A DNA stretch of 64,000 bases, from positions 2,821,668-2,885,667 of the forward strand of contig NW_003314270.1 of the NCBI RefSeq assembly GCF_000143415.4. Direction: 5' to 3'. The notes under the pieces are model-generated. The model searched no databases and was not told where the DNA came from. It was given only the letters and a program-made list of their open reading frames with translations. The position numbers were made by a program, and so were the translations under genes. Each line of letters starts with the position of its first letter. The stretch's first letter is position 1. Shown one piece after another: positions 47,448 through 60,363 of the stretch. This stretch comes from Selaginella moellendorffii (lineage: Eukaryota > Plantae > Lycopodiophyta).

Positions 47448-48618
47448 TCCACAGCAAGTTCTTTCTTGTATATAATAAAGTTCTCATAATCTTGTATGAT
47501 GCTCGATTGGGACGGGTGCATGAATTGCTTGCTTTCGGCTTATGTCCAGTATGGGCAATATCATGTAAAATGTCTGGGCGAGACTGCCAGGTTCGAGAAC
47601 TATGCTGTGGTTATGGTGCAATTAGAAAATGTGTAATCCTGGTGGCCATCACTCCCGGGAAGGTAAACCAATCATGTAACTAGATATGTACAGTTTAGTG
47701 TTTGTTTATTCTTGTAAAGATACGAAAAAAAAATGTCTTAAGAACACTAGAACATTCATTGTGGATTTTGCATCAAGAAACATGCAAGAAGAGCAAATTC
47801 AAGGAATCTCTATTCTTGCTATTGTTATGTTTGCTGGAATACAAAGAAAAAACCTCTTACCAATAAGAAACATCTATGATCTAAAACAGATCTATCACCA
47901 ATCTATGATATTCTACTTTACTGAAATCTAGAGAACTTGCACTTGCTTATGAACAATAGAAATATAAATTTGGAATACCCTACTGAGAATGGGTCGCAAG
48001 AGAAAGTAAAAAAATGTGGATATCATTTTAGAAGGTGATGTGATTGTAGAAGATGCTACTTGTAATAAAGAAGAATATATACCTCTGTGGGGATTTGTTT
48101 GAAAACTAATGTGAGAAAAAAAAATAACTGTAGAATATGTGAAATCTGTTATAGTCTGTCTACTATTGGCAATTTCTGTCATATGATTTCTAGTAGGGCA
48201 GGGAGACAAAAAAAAACAACAAAAAAACAAAAAAACAAAAAAACAACATGGGTTTAATGTCAGAGAATGAAAATGGTAAATGTGAGCAACATTCTTGGTA
48301 AGATGGAAAAATAATACATACATTGTAAGGCCCTTTTTTAATGATGGAAAGTGTTTTCAATTGTTTGTTGTGATGAGAGAATAGCAACTGTAAAATCACA
48401 TCATTTTCCATGCTTTATCCAAAGAGTATTAATTTTAAAGATTTAATACAAAATTATAGTAGTGCTTAGAATTTGCATCAATGGGTGCAAATATTGAAGA
48501 GATTGCAGTAGGTGGCCCTAATTATTTTAAGATATATGGGAAGTTTCAAACCAAATAATGAAAAATATACAACTTATTCACAATTATATACCACTGTATC
48601 AGATGTTTTACAAGCTTA

Positions 48619-48620
<2 letters not shown>

Positions 48621-48682
<62 letters not shown>

Positions 48683-48688
48683 TGTATA
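48621..48688. repeat. Compound microsatellite (TA)n(TATG)n
   Basis: Visible directly in the sequence. Confidence 0.95.
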
Positions 48689-50605
48689 TACATCAAAATA
48701 TTTTGTGGATCCATATTTATAAATATTTTTGTGTACTTGGTGGTACCTTCATAAATGACTGAATAACGACATTAACATAATTGGTGTTATTAATATTGTT
48801 TAGACTAATTGGTCTTAACTAAAACAATAAAGACTTCTCAACAATACAGAAGTTATAAATAAGAATATTAAAATTGATAAAGATCACTTTAAGTTAGATT
48901 AAACATAGTATCTAGAAATTAAAAAATTTATATTAATTTTAAATTTTTAATGGTTTTTTATTTATTCTCTTTTGAAGTGATTTCTTAAATATTCTCATTA
49001 TTAACTATGAGTCAAAGCTATATTCTAAATTTTTTTCAAGAGCATTTTTTTTTCTGTATACATTTAAAATCTTTAAATTTCATACAATGGTATAAAATAT
49101 TTATCTAGTTGAAATTTCTATTGAATTTGTTTTTTGCTAAAATTAATTCTTATATATTAATTTCTAATTTTATAAAAAGTATTAATTAATTATTTATTTT
49201 ATGATATTAAATAATTATATAGATATTAAATGAACTATATAGATATATTATGTGATCCCTGATCAGGTTGAAGAACTTTTACTCAAAACAAACAACGAGG
49301 CTTCTCAGTTATGGAAAAAAATATCAAACAACCTTAAGTGGGTAAGGGAGGTTGTAGTATGGGCATTATTGTTTTTTTCTCACATTTAAGCAAATTTATT
49401 CATTTTATAATGAAAATGTGCACACTGGGAGATTCTTCCTTATATATTTAATATACGTGATCATACCATGGCGTTTATTCATTTTTTTCAACTATTAGCA
49501 TCATTTGCTAAGCCATGAGAGGTACTTAGATTTGTTCAGAGAGTAGACGAATTTCTCGGAAAAGATAAGTATATTATATAGAGCTCTTTTATTTTAGATA
49601 TTCTAAAATAAAAAATTTAAGTATAAATATTTTCAAAATATGTTTTATGGGCAAAGTTGTTTTTCGAGTATTAAAACTTTGTTTTTCATTTCTAATATAT
49701 TTATTGGCACCTAAAATTTTATGGTTTCTTAATTATCATATCATTTAGACTTTCTCTAACATTTTTTTGGCTTATTTTTGGCAAAAAAGTTTTAAGTCAA
49801 GCTTAATATTTTAATTAATAACATTTTTTTCTTGCATAATCTAGTGGCTAGAAATGTTAGAATTTTAAAAAATTAATAAAAAGCTGCTCTAGTTTTGGTG
49901 GAAAGAATAAAAGATCTATTTTTATATATAGGCACAAAATCATATAAAAACTATTTCTTTAAGTGAAGAAATAAAAACAAAAAAAATAGTAATATAGACA
50001 AATGATAGGATTATAAATAACTCTAATACATCTGAAAGGTGATAACACTTAAATAATTTAATAAAAAAGTAGAAATAAACTATTAAAAAACTTAAGATAA
50101 ACTCTATTTATTAAAAAGTTAAATAATCAGTAGATGCAATCAATTTGGGAAGAACACTAAAATTAATAACACTAAATCTAAAAGACAAAAACTCTTTAAA
50201 ATGTTATATGATATAATAAGTTGAATTTAATGCCTAAGTTGGTATAAGATAAAAGAGAAAATGATAGTATTCTCAAGTAAATAATTTTTAAGAATAAAGG
50301 AAATAAAATACTTATAATATGTATGTAAACTGTATTGGTAGGCTTCTTTGTGCTCTAAACATCAATTTTGCAATGGTGCCAAACAGAAATTACTTACAAA
50401 TTAAATTTGAAATTCACAAACCCTTTTGGGTTTAGGGCTGACTGGATAGGTCGTTTGAAATCCGAAAGATTTTGGCGCCGAGCAGGGTTTTCTCTCGAAT
50501 GCCCATGAAGCAGCGGTGTGCACGGCGGCGATCCTCGCCGGAGCAGTGGCGTTGTAGACGCGAGCGCGAATCCACGCAGTCGTGAGCGGCCGGGGGGAGA
50601 TTTCG

Positions 50606-52159
50606 ATGATGGATCCGCGATTCAAGAACGCATACGGTCAGCTAGATTACCAAGACGCGGGGCAGTCATCGGATCAAGATTTCTTCGCCGGCAGCTATGG
50701 CGGCGGGATGCAAATGGGGGGAATGCCGCCGCGAGGAGGAGGAGGTATGGGCGGCATGCCAGGCATGGGAGGGATGCAAAATATCCATGGCATGCAAGGA
50801 ATGGGAGGAATGGGCGGCATGGGAGGAATGAGAGGGAGTCTTGGCAGCGGCCCTGGCGGCGGCGGTGGCGGCGGCGGTGTTATGGGAGGGCCGATGATGG
50901 TGCCTTCTTCGATTCCTTCTTCTTCCTCGGCGGCACCGGCGGCTTCGAGGCCTGGCGGCGCTCATCCCCAAAATCCGCATGAGCATTTGCACGTTCAGCA
51001 TATGGTGGAGGGAGCGCTCAAGATGGTCTCCATGCTCAACTTCATGAAGGTAATGAATGGGTCTCTCCTCTTCTAGGGTCCTGTGATCGATGGGTGTGTG
51101 CGTGATTTAGGTGGAGCTTGGCGATCACAAGACACTGCGATCCAAGGAGCAATGGCGGGCAGCCGGTGCCGAGTTCCTTGGAACTTTACTCTTCGTCTAC
51201 CTTGGCTGTGGCTCAGTCATTGCTTCAGGTATCGAAGTTCTTCCATATCTAGGAGCTCTGGCTCCATTCTAGACTCTTTTGTCTTTTGGTTTTCCTTGTC
51301 GAGGTGCTGATTTTTGCTTTACGTGGAGAAATACATTGCAGGAATGCTTGGTCCGGGAATGACCGCTGCACGGCTGGTAGCCATAGCTTTGGGACACGGT
51401 CTTGCGATTGCTTTTCTAGCCGGTGCCACGGGAGCTATATCAGGTGGTCACTTAAATCCAGCAGTGACTTTGGCGTTCGTGGTTGCTGGCAAAGAAACAC
51501 TTCTTCGAGCCGGATTATATGTTGGTGCTCAGGTGTGCATGATCTATACGGCTTTGCTTCTCCATCTAAAGTGGTGTTTCTATACAGCTTTTTGGAGCGA
51601 TAATGGGAGCAGCAATCCTGAGATGGTCCACGCCGGGGCCTTGGGTCGGCGCTCTCGGAGCTCATGATCTCTCCAACGGTGTTTATCCGGGCCAAGGATT
51701 TATCATGGAGTTCATGCTAACTTTTGTGCTTGTCTTTGTCATTTTTGGAGTGGCTGTGGATCGACGAGGACCTGGTAATCACTTGACATTGTGCATGTTT
51801 GATTATTCTTACCAAGGTTTAGTTTCATGCAGGTGTGATTGCTCCTTTGCCGATTGGTTTTGCTGTTCTAGTGGATCACCTGGTTGGAGTTCCATTCACG
51901 GGTGCATCAATGAACCCCGCCAGAAGTTTTGGACCAGCTGTGGTTTCGGGTGCATGGTCGGCTTCGTTTTGGATTTATTGGTTTGGACCTTGCTTTGGAG
52001 CAGCAGCTGCATCTGCTCTATACAAGTAAGCTCTTCAGTCATTTTCTTCTAAAGGTTGAAAGTTTTTTTGTTCGCAGGGAAGTGTTTTTGGAACATGTAC
52101 AAGTTTTGCCTGGTGGAGCACCAGCAGCATCTCCACCACCGAATCCGTTTGGTGTGTAG
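50606..52159 (+). CDS. Aquaporin of the HIP (hybrid intrinsic protein) type with a long Gly/Met-rich N-terminus (multi-exon)
   Basis: [19 protein letters not shown] and [12 protein letters not shown]. The ar/R filter reads His (ALGHGL), His (VDHLVG), Ala, Arg. Confidence 0.88.
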
Positions 52160-52289
52160 ACTACACAAAGTATGTGAATATCCTAGTACTAGCGTTCAAC
52201 CTTGTAAAGAGCACACGTAATCGAGGTAAGATTTCTGGGACTTGGAAACCATTCTTTTTTGCTTCCACGGTAGGGCTGTACAAAACGCA

Positions 52290-53692
52290 ATGGATGCTAC
52301 GTTGAAAGGGGCTCCGAGCAGCATTTTCTATCCTCGGGTAATGAATTTGGGTTCAAGAATTCGTCAAGCGTGGGTAGTTTCTAAGCCAGCCTCGAGGAGT
52401 CGAGCTAGACTTCGTTCGGATTCAGCCTCCGATGTGGACGCTCAAGCCGAGGCCGAGCGCAAGAGACTGGATTCCGAGGCACGAGAGGCCATGAAAGTCG
52501 TGGCTGAACAGAGCCAGGCTGACGACAGGCCTGGCGCATGGAAATGGCAGATAAGGAAGCGGGTGTGGGATTTGCTGGAAGCCGAAGACATTGCAAGGAT
52601 GCCAAGACCAGTTCATCACAGGATTCCAAATTTTCAAGGGGCTGAGCTTGCGGCAGACAAGGTAAAAGTCTTTATCTTTTCTTTTTTTGTATTTCGGATT
52701 GCCGACTTTTTCTACTTTCCCATTTCTAAATCAGCTGCGGAAGATGCCAGTCTTTGAAGATGCGAAGTGTGTCAAGGTGAATCCGGACACGCCACAAAAA
52801 CCAGTGCGATACATGACTCTGAGAGGTATGATTGATGACTTTCGCCTTATGTATACTCAAAATCGTAATCTATCTCTGACAGGCATGAAAAAGTTGCTCG
52901 TACCGCAACCACGCCTTAGAACTGGTTTCTTCTCCATGCTGGATCCAGTAAGTATGAACGATAGAGACATGAGGGAGGCTGTCACACAAACAGGTAGCCC
53001 GCTCAATATAAGTATGCATTTGCGCGCTACTCAACTGTGTGTAGGCTTTCGGAAGTTTGGGAAGCCGTTGGGGCTTGATGCGAAGCTCAAAGTGGATCTC
53101 ATTGTGATCGGCTCCGTTGCTGTGGATCCAAAAACTGGTGCTCGTCTTGGTAAAGGCGAGGTATGTCTCCAATGTCTTTTGTCTAACACATATCAACGTT
53201 TCTTGCTTGTCTTGTAAGGGATTCGCGGAGTTGGAATATGGGATGCTCCGGTTTATGGGAGCGATAGACGATTCAACTTTGATTGTTACCACAGGTAGAC
53301 GCACCAATGTCCTGCTGTCAATCTTTTCTCACTGTTTCTAGCAGTGCATGACAAGCAACTCGTTGACGAGATTCAAGCGGACAAGCTGCTTATACACGAC
53401 GTCCCAGTGGATGTAATTTGCACCCCTACGCAAGTTATATTTACAAACACAACCATTCCAAAGCCTACAGGTGAGAAAGTTTGGTGCATGTTAAAAGATC
53501 GATGCAGTTTGTCTGCTGTGTGTAGGAATCTACTGGGACAGACTATCCCCCGAGAAGCTTAATCAGATCAGAATCCTCCAGCAGCTTAAGAGACAGATCG
53601 AGAACGAAACGGGGGTGGCACTGACGCTGGGTCCTTCCGAAAGATTGCCGCCGACGGCCCAAAGAGTGAATCAACGGACCTCGGGCAGATAA
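52290..53692 (+). CDS. 5-formyltetrahydrofolate cyclo-ligase-like protein (COG0212/MTHFSD family), multi-exon
   Basis: [46 protein letters not shown]|GFAELEYG and HDVPVD. Confidence 0.93.
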
Positions 53693-53833
53693 GTGAATCA
53701 ACTAAGAGCTCTGAGGGTACCGACGCACGAGAGGTCCAGGCCTCGAGCGGTCTGACTTTGACTTTGTCTCGTTGCAACAGGCTTTAATACTTGAGCAGTG
53801 CTGCCTTGCTACTCGTGTTGCAAGATCCCAACA

Positions 53834-54735
53834 ATGCTTTCCAGGTTACATTTACTAGTTTCTTCTCCTCTTATGCTTTCTAACGTAATAGCATTTCCAG
53901 GATCAAAGGGAAAGTGGCACTCGTCACCGGTGGTGCTTCGGGTATCGGCGCAGCCACGGTCAAGAAATTCAGAGCTCATGGAGCGGAAGTTATCATTGCC
54001 GACGTCCAAGACAGCCGCGGCGAGGCGCTGGCGGCCGAGACGGGCGCTCACTACACACACTGCGACGTTTCTCAGGAGTCTCAGGTGGCAGCAGCAGTGG
54101 ACCTGGCCGTCTCAAAGTTTGGCTCGCTCGGCATCATGTTCAACAACGCCGGGATCATCTCGGGCCCCAAGCCGGCCGACTCCATCGCCCGTCTCGACAT
54201 GTCCGACCTCGACGCCGTGCTCGCTGTCAACGTGAGAGGCGTCGCTCACGGGGTGAAGCACGCGGCCAGAGTCATGGTCCCTCGCAACTCGGGCTCGATC
54301 ATCACCACGGCCAGCATCGCTCACATCATCTCCGGCAGCGCGCTCCACCCCTACACCATCAGCAAGCACGCCGTGGTTGGCATCACAAAGTCGGCGGCCT
54401 CGGAGCTGGCCTTTCACGGGGTCCGAGTGAACTGCATCTCTCCGGCCGCGGTGGTGACCGAAATCGCGACGAAGTTTTGGGAGAACTTGGTGCCGGTTGC
54501 GGAGGCCAAGCTTGACATGCAAGCGGCGTTTTCAGGGAAGCCCGGGTTTGATCTCCGGCGGGCCTTGATGGAGCCGGAGGAGATCGCAGAGGCCGCGCTC
54601 TTCCTCGCCAGCGATGAGTCGAGGTTTGTGAGCGGCCATGACTTGGTGGTGGACGGCTCGCTCGCAGGGACTGCCGCGTTTAACATCTTCAAGGATATCC
54701 AGCAGGGGCAGCTGCGTCTGGTAACGAAGAACTAG
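53834..54735 (+). CDS. Short-chain dehydrogenase/reductase, ABA2/tasselseed2-like family
   Basis: MLSR|IKGKVALVTGGASGIG, NNAG, YTISK and RVNCISP. Confidence 0.93.
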
Positions 54736-56059
54736 AGTGAGCTCTAAAACAATTCGAATATTCCAAGAATGGAATATTCTAATGAATGTTTGAGAATATG
54801 CCTACCTAGACGGAATATGCTCTGGGTCCAGAGAATATGCCTTGTGTTTTAGGGCAAGTGTGGATTTTTGCCGTTGCGAGGGCGCGCCCCGCGAATGCGA
54901 GGGTGATTCTCGAGCTTGGGTCGATGATTTGATCGCGCTACCGGTCTCGAGGTACGTAGGATTTGATTCTTGGCTTGATTGGGAGAGCATCATCGCGCAT
55001 CGCGCATTCTTCTCTTTTTTTCGCCCTCCTCTCGCCGAAAGGCGCATTATGGAGCTTTCGTTTTTGTATGCTCTCTCGTGGCAGCGCATGTGTGTGTCCA
55101 GTGACGTCCTCTTTGAGCAAAGCTTTTTTGTTTTCTTTTCTGGTTTTTTGTCGGAGCTGAGAGACTCCACTTCCTTTCTTTTTCGAAGCTAGCTTAGCGA
55201 GGAAAGTTCTTTCCGTCCATGATAAGTTCTCTCGCTCTCTCGATTTCTTTTTTTTTTTCTTTTTTTCGTTTTTGCTGCCCAAGTGCGGTCTCTACTAGAT
55301 AGAGTCTGATTTGATCTAGATCGGTGTGGGTCACTTTCGTACGCCAAGGACGAGATTTAAGATTCTTGAGCTGCATGGAGCTGGACTTCTTTTTTGCTTT
55401 GTGGGATTTCACTTGAGCAGCGAATCATAGTTTACGTGGTGAAACTCACCTCCCAATGTTCGTGCAGGAGCATTTCACACATTTAGCACTTGGTGGTGAA
55501 GGAATGAGTATGTTCTGGGAGCAACTATGACGGGTCAGTGTTTTGCGGCTTCATTCATCACCATTGCGGGGTTGCAGGCTTTTGTTCAGGCTTTTGTTCG
55601 GGCCGCAGTTTTTATGCCTCAATCATTCTCAGTCGTGTAGAAGGAGAGAGCGAGACTTTTAAAAGGGCAGCCAACTCTTCTACAGTAGGTGCGGAACGAG
55701 GTGACATATTGCGAATCCTGTACTCGGGCGTGGCAGTGGGGGTCCCCCCTGCACAAAAAGAAGGCCGAAATAAAAAAGGAAAGGAAAGCAGGCTACAGTG
55801 CTTCGATCATGATCGACACGGCTACTACAGATTCCCTGTGATTGCTGCGGCTGGAGCTTATTCTCGGATTGGAAGCTTGCTCCAAAGAGGCAGAGCGGAA
55901 GAGAATCAGATTCGGAGATGGCTCGGTCATACTTGTGACAACCGTTAACTCTGGTACTTTTGGCTCCGAGGCTTGCCCTCTTTTTGGAAGCGGTCAAGGC
56001 ATGGAGCTCTGATCAAAGTGGAGCTACTGTTACAGGTCTTTTAGCGCTTGGAGGAAGTA

Positions 56060-57014
56060 ATGGGGTCGGAGGGAGTTCCCGTCACCAGAATTCACGTCAC
56101 TGGATTCAAGAAGTTCCATGGAGTGGCCAAGAATCCAACCGAAGTTATAGTCGGCAGGCTGTCGAGCTACTTCAAGGATGGCGGCCTCCCGCAGGGATTC
56201 ACTCTGGAGAGCGCTACGGTCCTGGAGACGGCAGGAGAGGGTGCTCTCCCGACTCTTATGGATCTGCTGGATGCTGCGATATCGCCACCGTCGTCCTCGG
56301 CTCATAGAAAGCTCGGGAGTTTCATCGAGCAGCCAGATCCATCGTCTGGTCGAGTCCTCTGGGTACGTTCTCTCAGTTCTCTCTTTTCTTTGTTTTTACT
56401 TTGTGTGGCCTTTGTATTTATCCAAGCGGTGTATGCTGATAGTTTTGTTCTTTTACCTTTCGTGAAGATACACTTCGGCGTGAACAGTGGAGCTTCGAGA
56501 TTTGCGATTGAGCGCCGCGCCGTCAACGAAGCTACATTCCGTTGCCCGGATGAAATGGGATGGCAGCCGCAGGTTCTATTCTTTTCGCTTGTTCTTTCGT
56601 CCATACAAAACTTGAGCGCATTACAAACTTTTGCTGGTTCCAGAGACTCCAGATTGCGCCGGAGGACGGGCCTCTTTCGGCAACCCGCGAGGTACGAAGT
56701 TTAGATTGTTTCCGGTTTTTGCTCGCGTTTGCGTGACGATGTTTCCACTCCCGAAACTGTTCTTGGCACAGACGACGCTGCCAGCGGCCGAGATCGTCCG
56801 CTGCCTCGCGTCCAAAGGCTTCGAGGTGACGCTGTCGGACGACGCAGGGCGATTCGTGTGCAACTACGTTTACTACCAGTCGCTGCGGCACGCTCGCGCC
56901 AACGGGACTGTGTGTATATTTGTACATGTGCCATTGTTCTCTAGAATTGAAGAGGACGTCCAAATGCAGTTTGTGGCTTCGCTCATGGAGGTTTTGGCTC
57001 AAGAGCTCCAGTGA
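56060..57014 (+). CDS. Pyroglutamyl-peptidase I (peptidase C15), multi-exon
   Basis: IHVTGFKKFHGV..NPTE, IHFGV, ERRAVNEATF, DAGRFVCNY and FVHVP (Glu-Cys-His triad). Confidence 0.94.
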
Positions 57015-57859
57015 TGACCATCTTCGATATATCGTCTTATCTTCTACCAATCTCTCGATTATTTGTACTCTTTCCATCTTATCCTATCTCGGTGGCTCGA
57101 TTTTATACGACTCCTAATGCTCCCAATAATATTGTTCCATTTCAATCGTGTTCCAAGAACTAATCAATCTTTCGTCAATATTAATGATCTTAAACATGTA
57201 ATAATAACGATATTGTTCCTTAAACACATTTCAATTGTTCTTATGAAATTGGGACAATAGCAAAAAAAATTCCTCACTGCCTAGCAAATAAGCACATCGC
57301 TGTCTCATGTGGGGACTGGACGGTGATGATGCTGCCATGTCAATCCACGGTGCTGACTTTGGACACGCATTCATGGCAGCGCACCAAACACCGTGTAGCG
57401 CGGTAGAATTCAAGCCAACGGTTGCGCGCCACGGTGGGGGTACGTAGCAGGATCTGGGCCGTGGGATTGTCCACGTCGGTGGCGGCCAAGTGACGTGGCG
57501 GGGCTGGGAGTTTGTCTTTGATCCGCGTCGCGTTGTTGTTAACATCAGCAGTGGGCGGATTTATGTCAGCGCGAGTGATGAATCAACACGCGAGCGAGTG
57601 CGTGTGCTCCTCTTTGCTAAATTCCGAGAGTTTGTTTCGGGTGCGCGTCTTTGATGATCCCGGCTGCTGCTTGATCGATAGGTTTCCACGAGAAAGAAGA
57701 AGCTGGGCTTGAAAAGAACCAAGTTTTTCTCCGGTGGGTCGCTTTCAAAGTTCTCCGCAGGGCCCGATTTGCGCTGGAGACTCCACTGTCCTTCGCATTT
57801 GTATAAAAAGTCACTCTTTTTCCACTGCGAGTGTAGTTTTTTCTTCGTTTAAAGCAGCT

Positions 57860-58776
57860 ATGGCGCTCAAGTATGTGGGCTTCGTGGCGATCGTGGCTCT
57901 TGGATTTCTATGGGCACCACTTCTCGCTGGTATGATTTCGCTTGGTGTCTTTTTTTTTGTGCTCATGATCTTATGTGATTTGTAGATGGTGGAGCTTGTG
58001 ACGATTACAATTGCATCCAAGGGGACTGTGTGGAAGTGAGTGGATTCCCACCTGTGAAGTGCGTGTGCAAGGATGGATGGTCCAATATCCTGGGAATGTC
58101 TGCGTTGAGCTGCGCCATCCCGAAGTGTAAGCAAGCATTTTCACTCCCAGTTTTGGATTTCATCCAAGTTCTTCTCAGATTTGCTTCTTCTCTCTCGCAG
58201 GTGATTTCAATATGAGTTGTGCCAAGACTAACAAAGCAGATGATGCCTCACATGATAATTCACCGAGCTTCGACATCTTCAATCGTAAGAAAAAAAAACT
58301 CCTTTTTTCTTCGGTTTTGCTCACTTTTCATACTTTTTTCTTTTTTCCAGCTTGCTCGTACAAGGTATGCGGTGAAGGCGATTGCATCAAGCAAAACGGC
58401 AACAATAGTTATACATGCCGGTGCTATGAAGGCTACGGAAATCTCCTCAACTCACCGTCTGGAATTTGCGTTGCGGATTGTAAGTTTTCTATAGATGCCG
58501 TCCTTGAACAAAGAAAAATCGATTTTTCTTTTCGATTTAGGTAGCATTGGTGCTGATTGCAACCAGCTTGGAATAAACCTCGGCCCGAGTTCCTCACCTT
58601 CATCGCCAGGCAGCAACAGCTCCTCCACTTTGTCAGATACAAACGCTGGTGAGTTTTCTATTTCTCCAAACGAGAAGAAAACCAATTTTTCCTCGTCATG
58701 CGCAGGATCACAACTGCAATTCCACGCCAAAAATCTCGTCTTTGGTGCACTGGCGCTGCTCCTGTGGAGCATATAG
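57860..58776 (+). CDS. Secreted Cys-rich EGF-like repeat protein, probably GPI-anchored (multi-exon)
   Basis: Signal peptide, two EGF-like units (C..GDC..KCVCKDGW and CGEGDC..YTCRCYEGY), a Ser-rich linker and a hydrophobic tail. Confidence 0.85.
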
Positions 58777-58853
58777 AGTATACCATTTTTTTCCTCTCTA
58801 TATATTCTAGGTGCTATGTTATTAGAACACTTCGAGAAAAATACAGAGAATTC

Positions 58854-59703
58854 TCAAGGTGGCGGAGTGATAATCGTCGAGCCTCCAGAAGGCGACGGAG
58901 GAAACGATGAAGAAGAGCCAGTGGAGATTGGAACAGTGGGATTGTCGGGCTTGGACGGTGGCGATGGTGGCGGAGCGGCGGCGGTGGGAGGTGGCGGCGA
59001 TCGAGGTGGTGGAGATGGAGGAGCTGCATGCGAGGACGAGCCGAATGGTGGAAGAGGCTTGAGATGCTCCACCGGGCCTGGCTGGACTGGAGACTGGAGC
59101 TTTGGCTTTGGATCGACTTGCTGATAGTCTTGCCTCTCGCTGCTATCGAATTCATCGTCCAGGAGCTCCTCGTCCTCCACAATCTGCGAGTTTTCAAAAG
59201 CAAACTGAGGTCGAGTGAAAGATAATCAAGCAAAGCAGCAAATGGTTCTTCGCTACGCTCTCGTCAACCGGCATTTCCATTGGATTTTCTCGTGAGAGTT
59301 TTTACTCTTTTCTTTCTGTCAATGAGAATCAATGCTGGCACAAAAACACATGATCCAGGGAGTGGTTTCTCTCAAAGAGCAGTCGTCGTCAATGTTTTCA
59401 ATCACTCTCTCTCTCTCGCTCGTGAAAATAAATGCACGCTGCGAGCAGCGAAATCAAGGCATGCTCTTAACTAGGCATGGATCTTACAGCGATCCTTGAC
59501 AGCGAGACTCTTGATCGTTGTTCGCAAAAGGAGATCTTCTTGAGCTAGAACTCGAAGAATCATTGATGATCTAAGTCGAGAAACTTCGCGAGGAAAAGGA
59601 GAGGATCAAAGAGAATAGAAAACCTTACCTCTCCGGGTTTCTTCATCGATGCTACATTGCCGATGAGGAGACAAAGAAGAAGCAATGGAATCAATCGCTC
59701 CAT
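58854..59703 (-). CDS. Small secreted Pro/Ser-rich (extensin/AGP-like) protein, 2 exons
   Basis: Exon 59629-59703 encodes the signal peptide MERLIPLLLLCLLIGNVAS. It splices in phase 0 to exon 58854-59183, which has an acidic patch and SPPP/SPPPP motifs. Confidence 0.7.
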
Positions 59704-60363
59704 CTGTTTGAGAATCCGAGCAAACAGTCCAAAAACGAGACAAACGAAATGGATGTCGAGCTTACCAGTCGAGGGGATCGCCCCTTTCTTTCTCTCCACG
59801 CAGAGATATCGCAAAAACCTATCAGCGTGCGAGCAATGCGTGTCTTCTTGGTTAACGGGGAGAGAACATTTGGTCGCCAAACTTAAAGCGAGGAGCCCTA
59901 AATTTTAAAAACGAAGATGCTCTGTTTTGGGACTCGATTCCAAAGACAAATTCGTGTGAAATGGATGGAATTGCTCGTTGCCTGATCGACCGGGAGGAGA
60001 AAACGTTTGATTTGTCGCGAAACAACGACAAATCAAAGCAATGATTGTCGGGAGGAAGAACTGGAAACAGGGGAATCATCGTCTATGCTAGACCATCGCT
60101 CTCATTCAAACAATCAATCAATCACTATAGCAAGAAGAACGCCTAAAACCCAAGAAACCGAGGAATTTCAGGATCTTGCTTGAGAGCTTTCCCAGTTTTA
60201 AGTGGCAAGAATGTTTATCTGGCTGTTTATTCGATACGCTCCAAAATTCTATGGTCGCGGCTTCCAGGCCAATTTTACTTATTAGTCCTTCCAGCCGAGA
60301 CTCGGAGCAAAGATCCTTGCCAGTAATTTACACGCTTTCGTTTTTCCTTCCTGTTTTTCTTTT

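Noticed and set aside
48700-50400. Very AT-rich tract as a possible mobile element
   Set aside because: No terminal repeats, target duplication or coding remnants could be identified by eye.
54757-54780. Hairpin GAATATTCCA-AGAA-TGGAATATTC after the SDR stop, as a terminator
   Set aside because: Eukaryotic Pol II gene; a short AT-rich hairpin alone supports no function.
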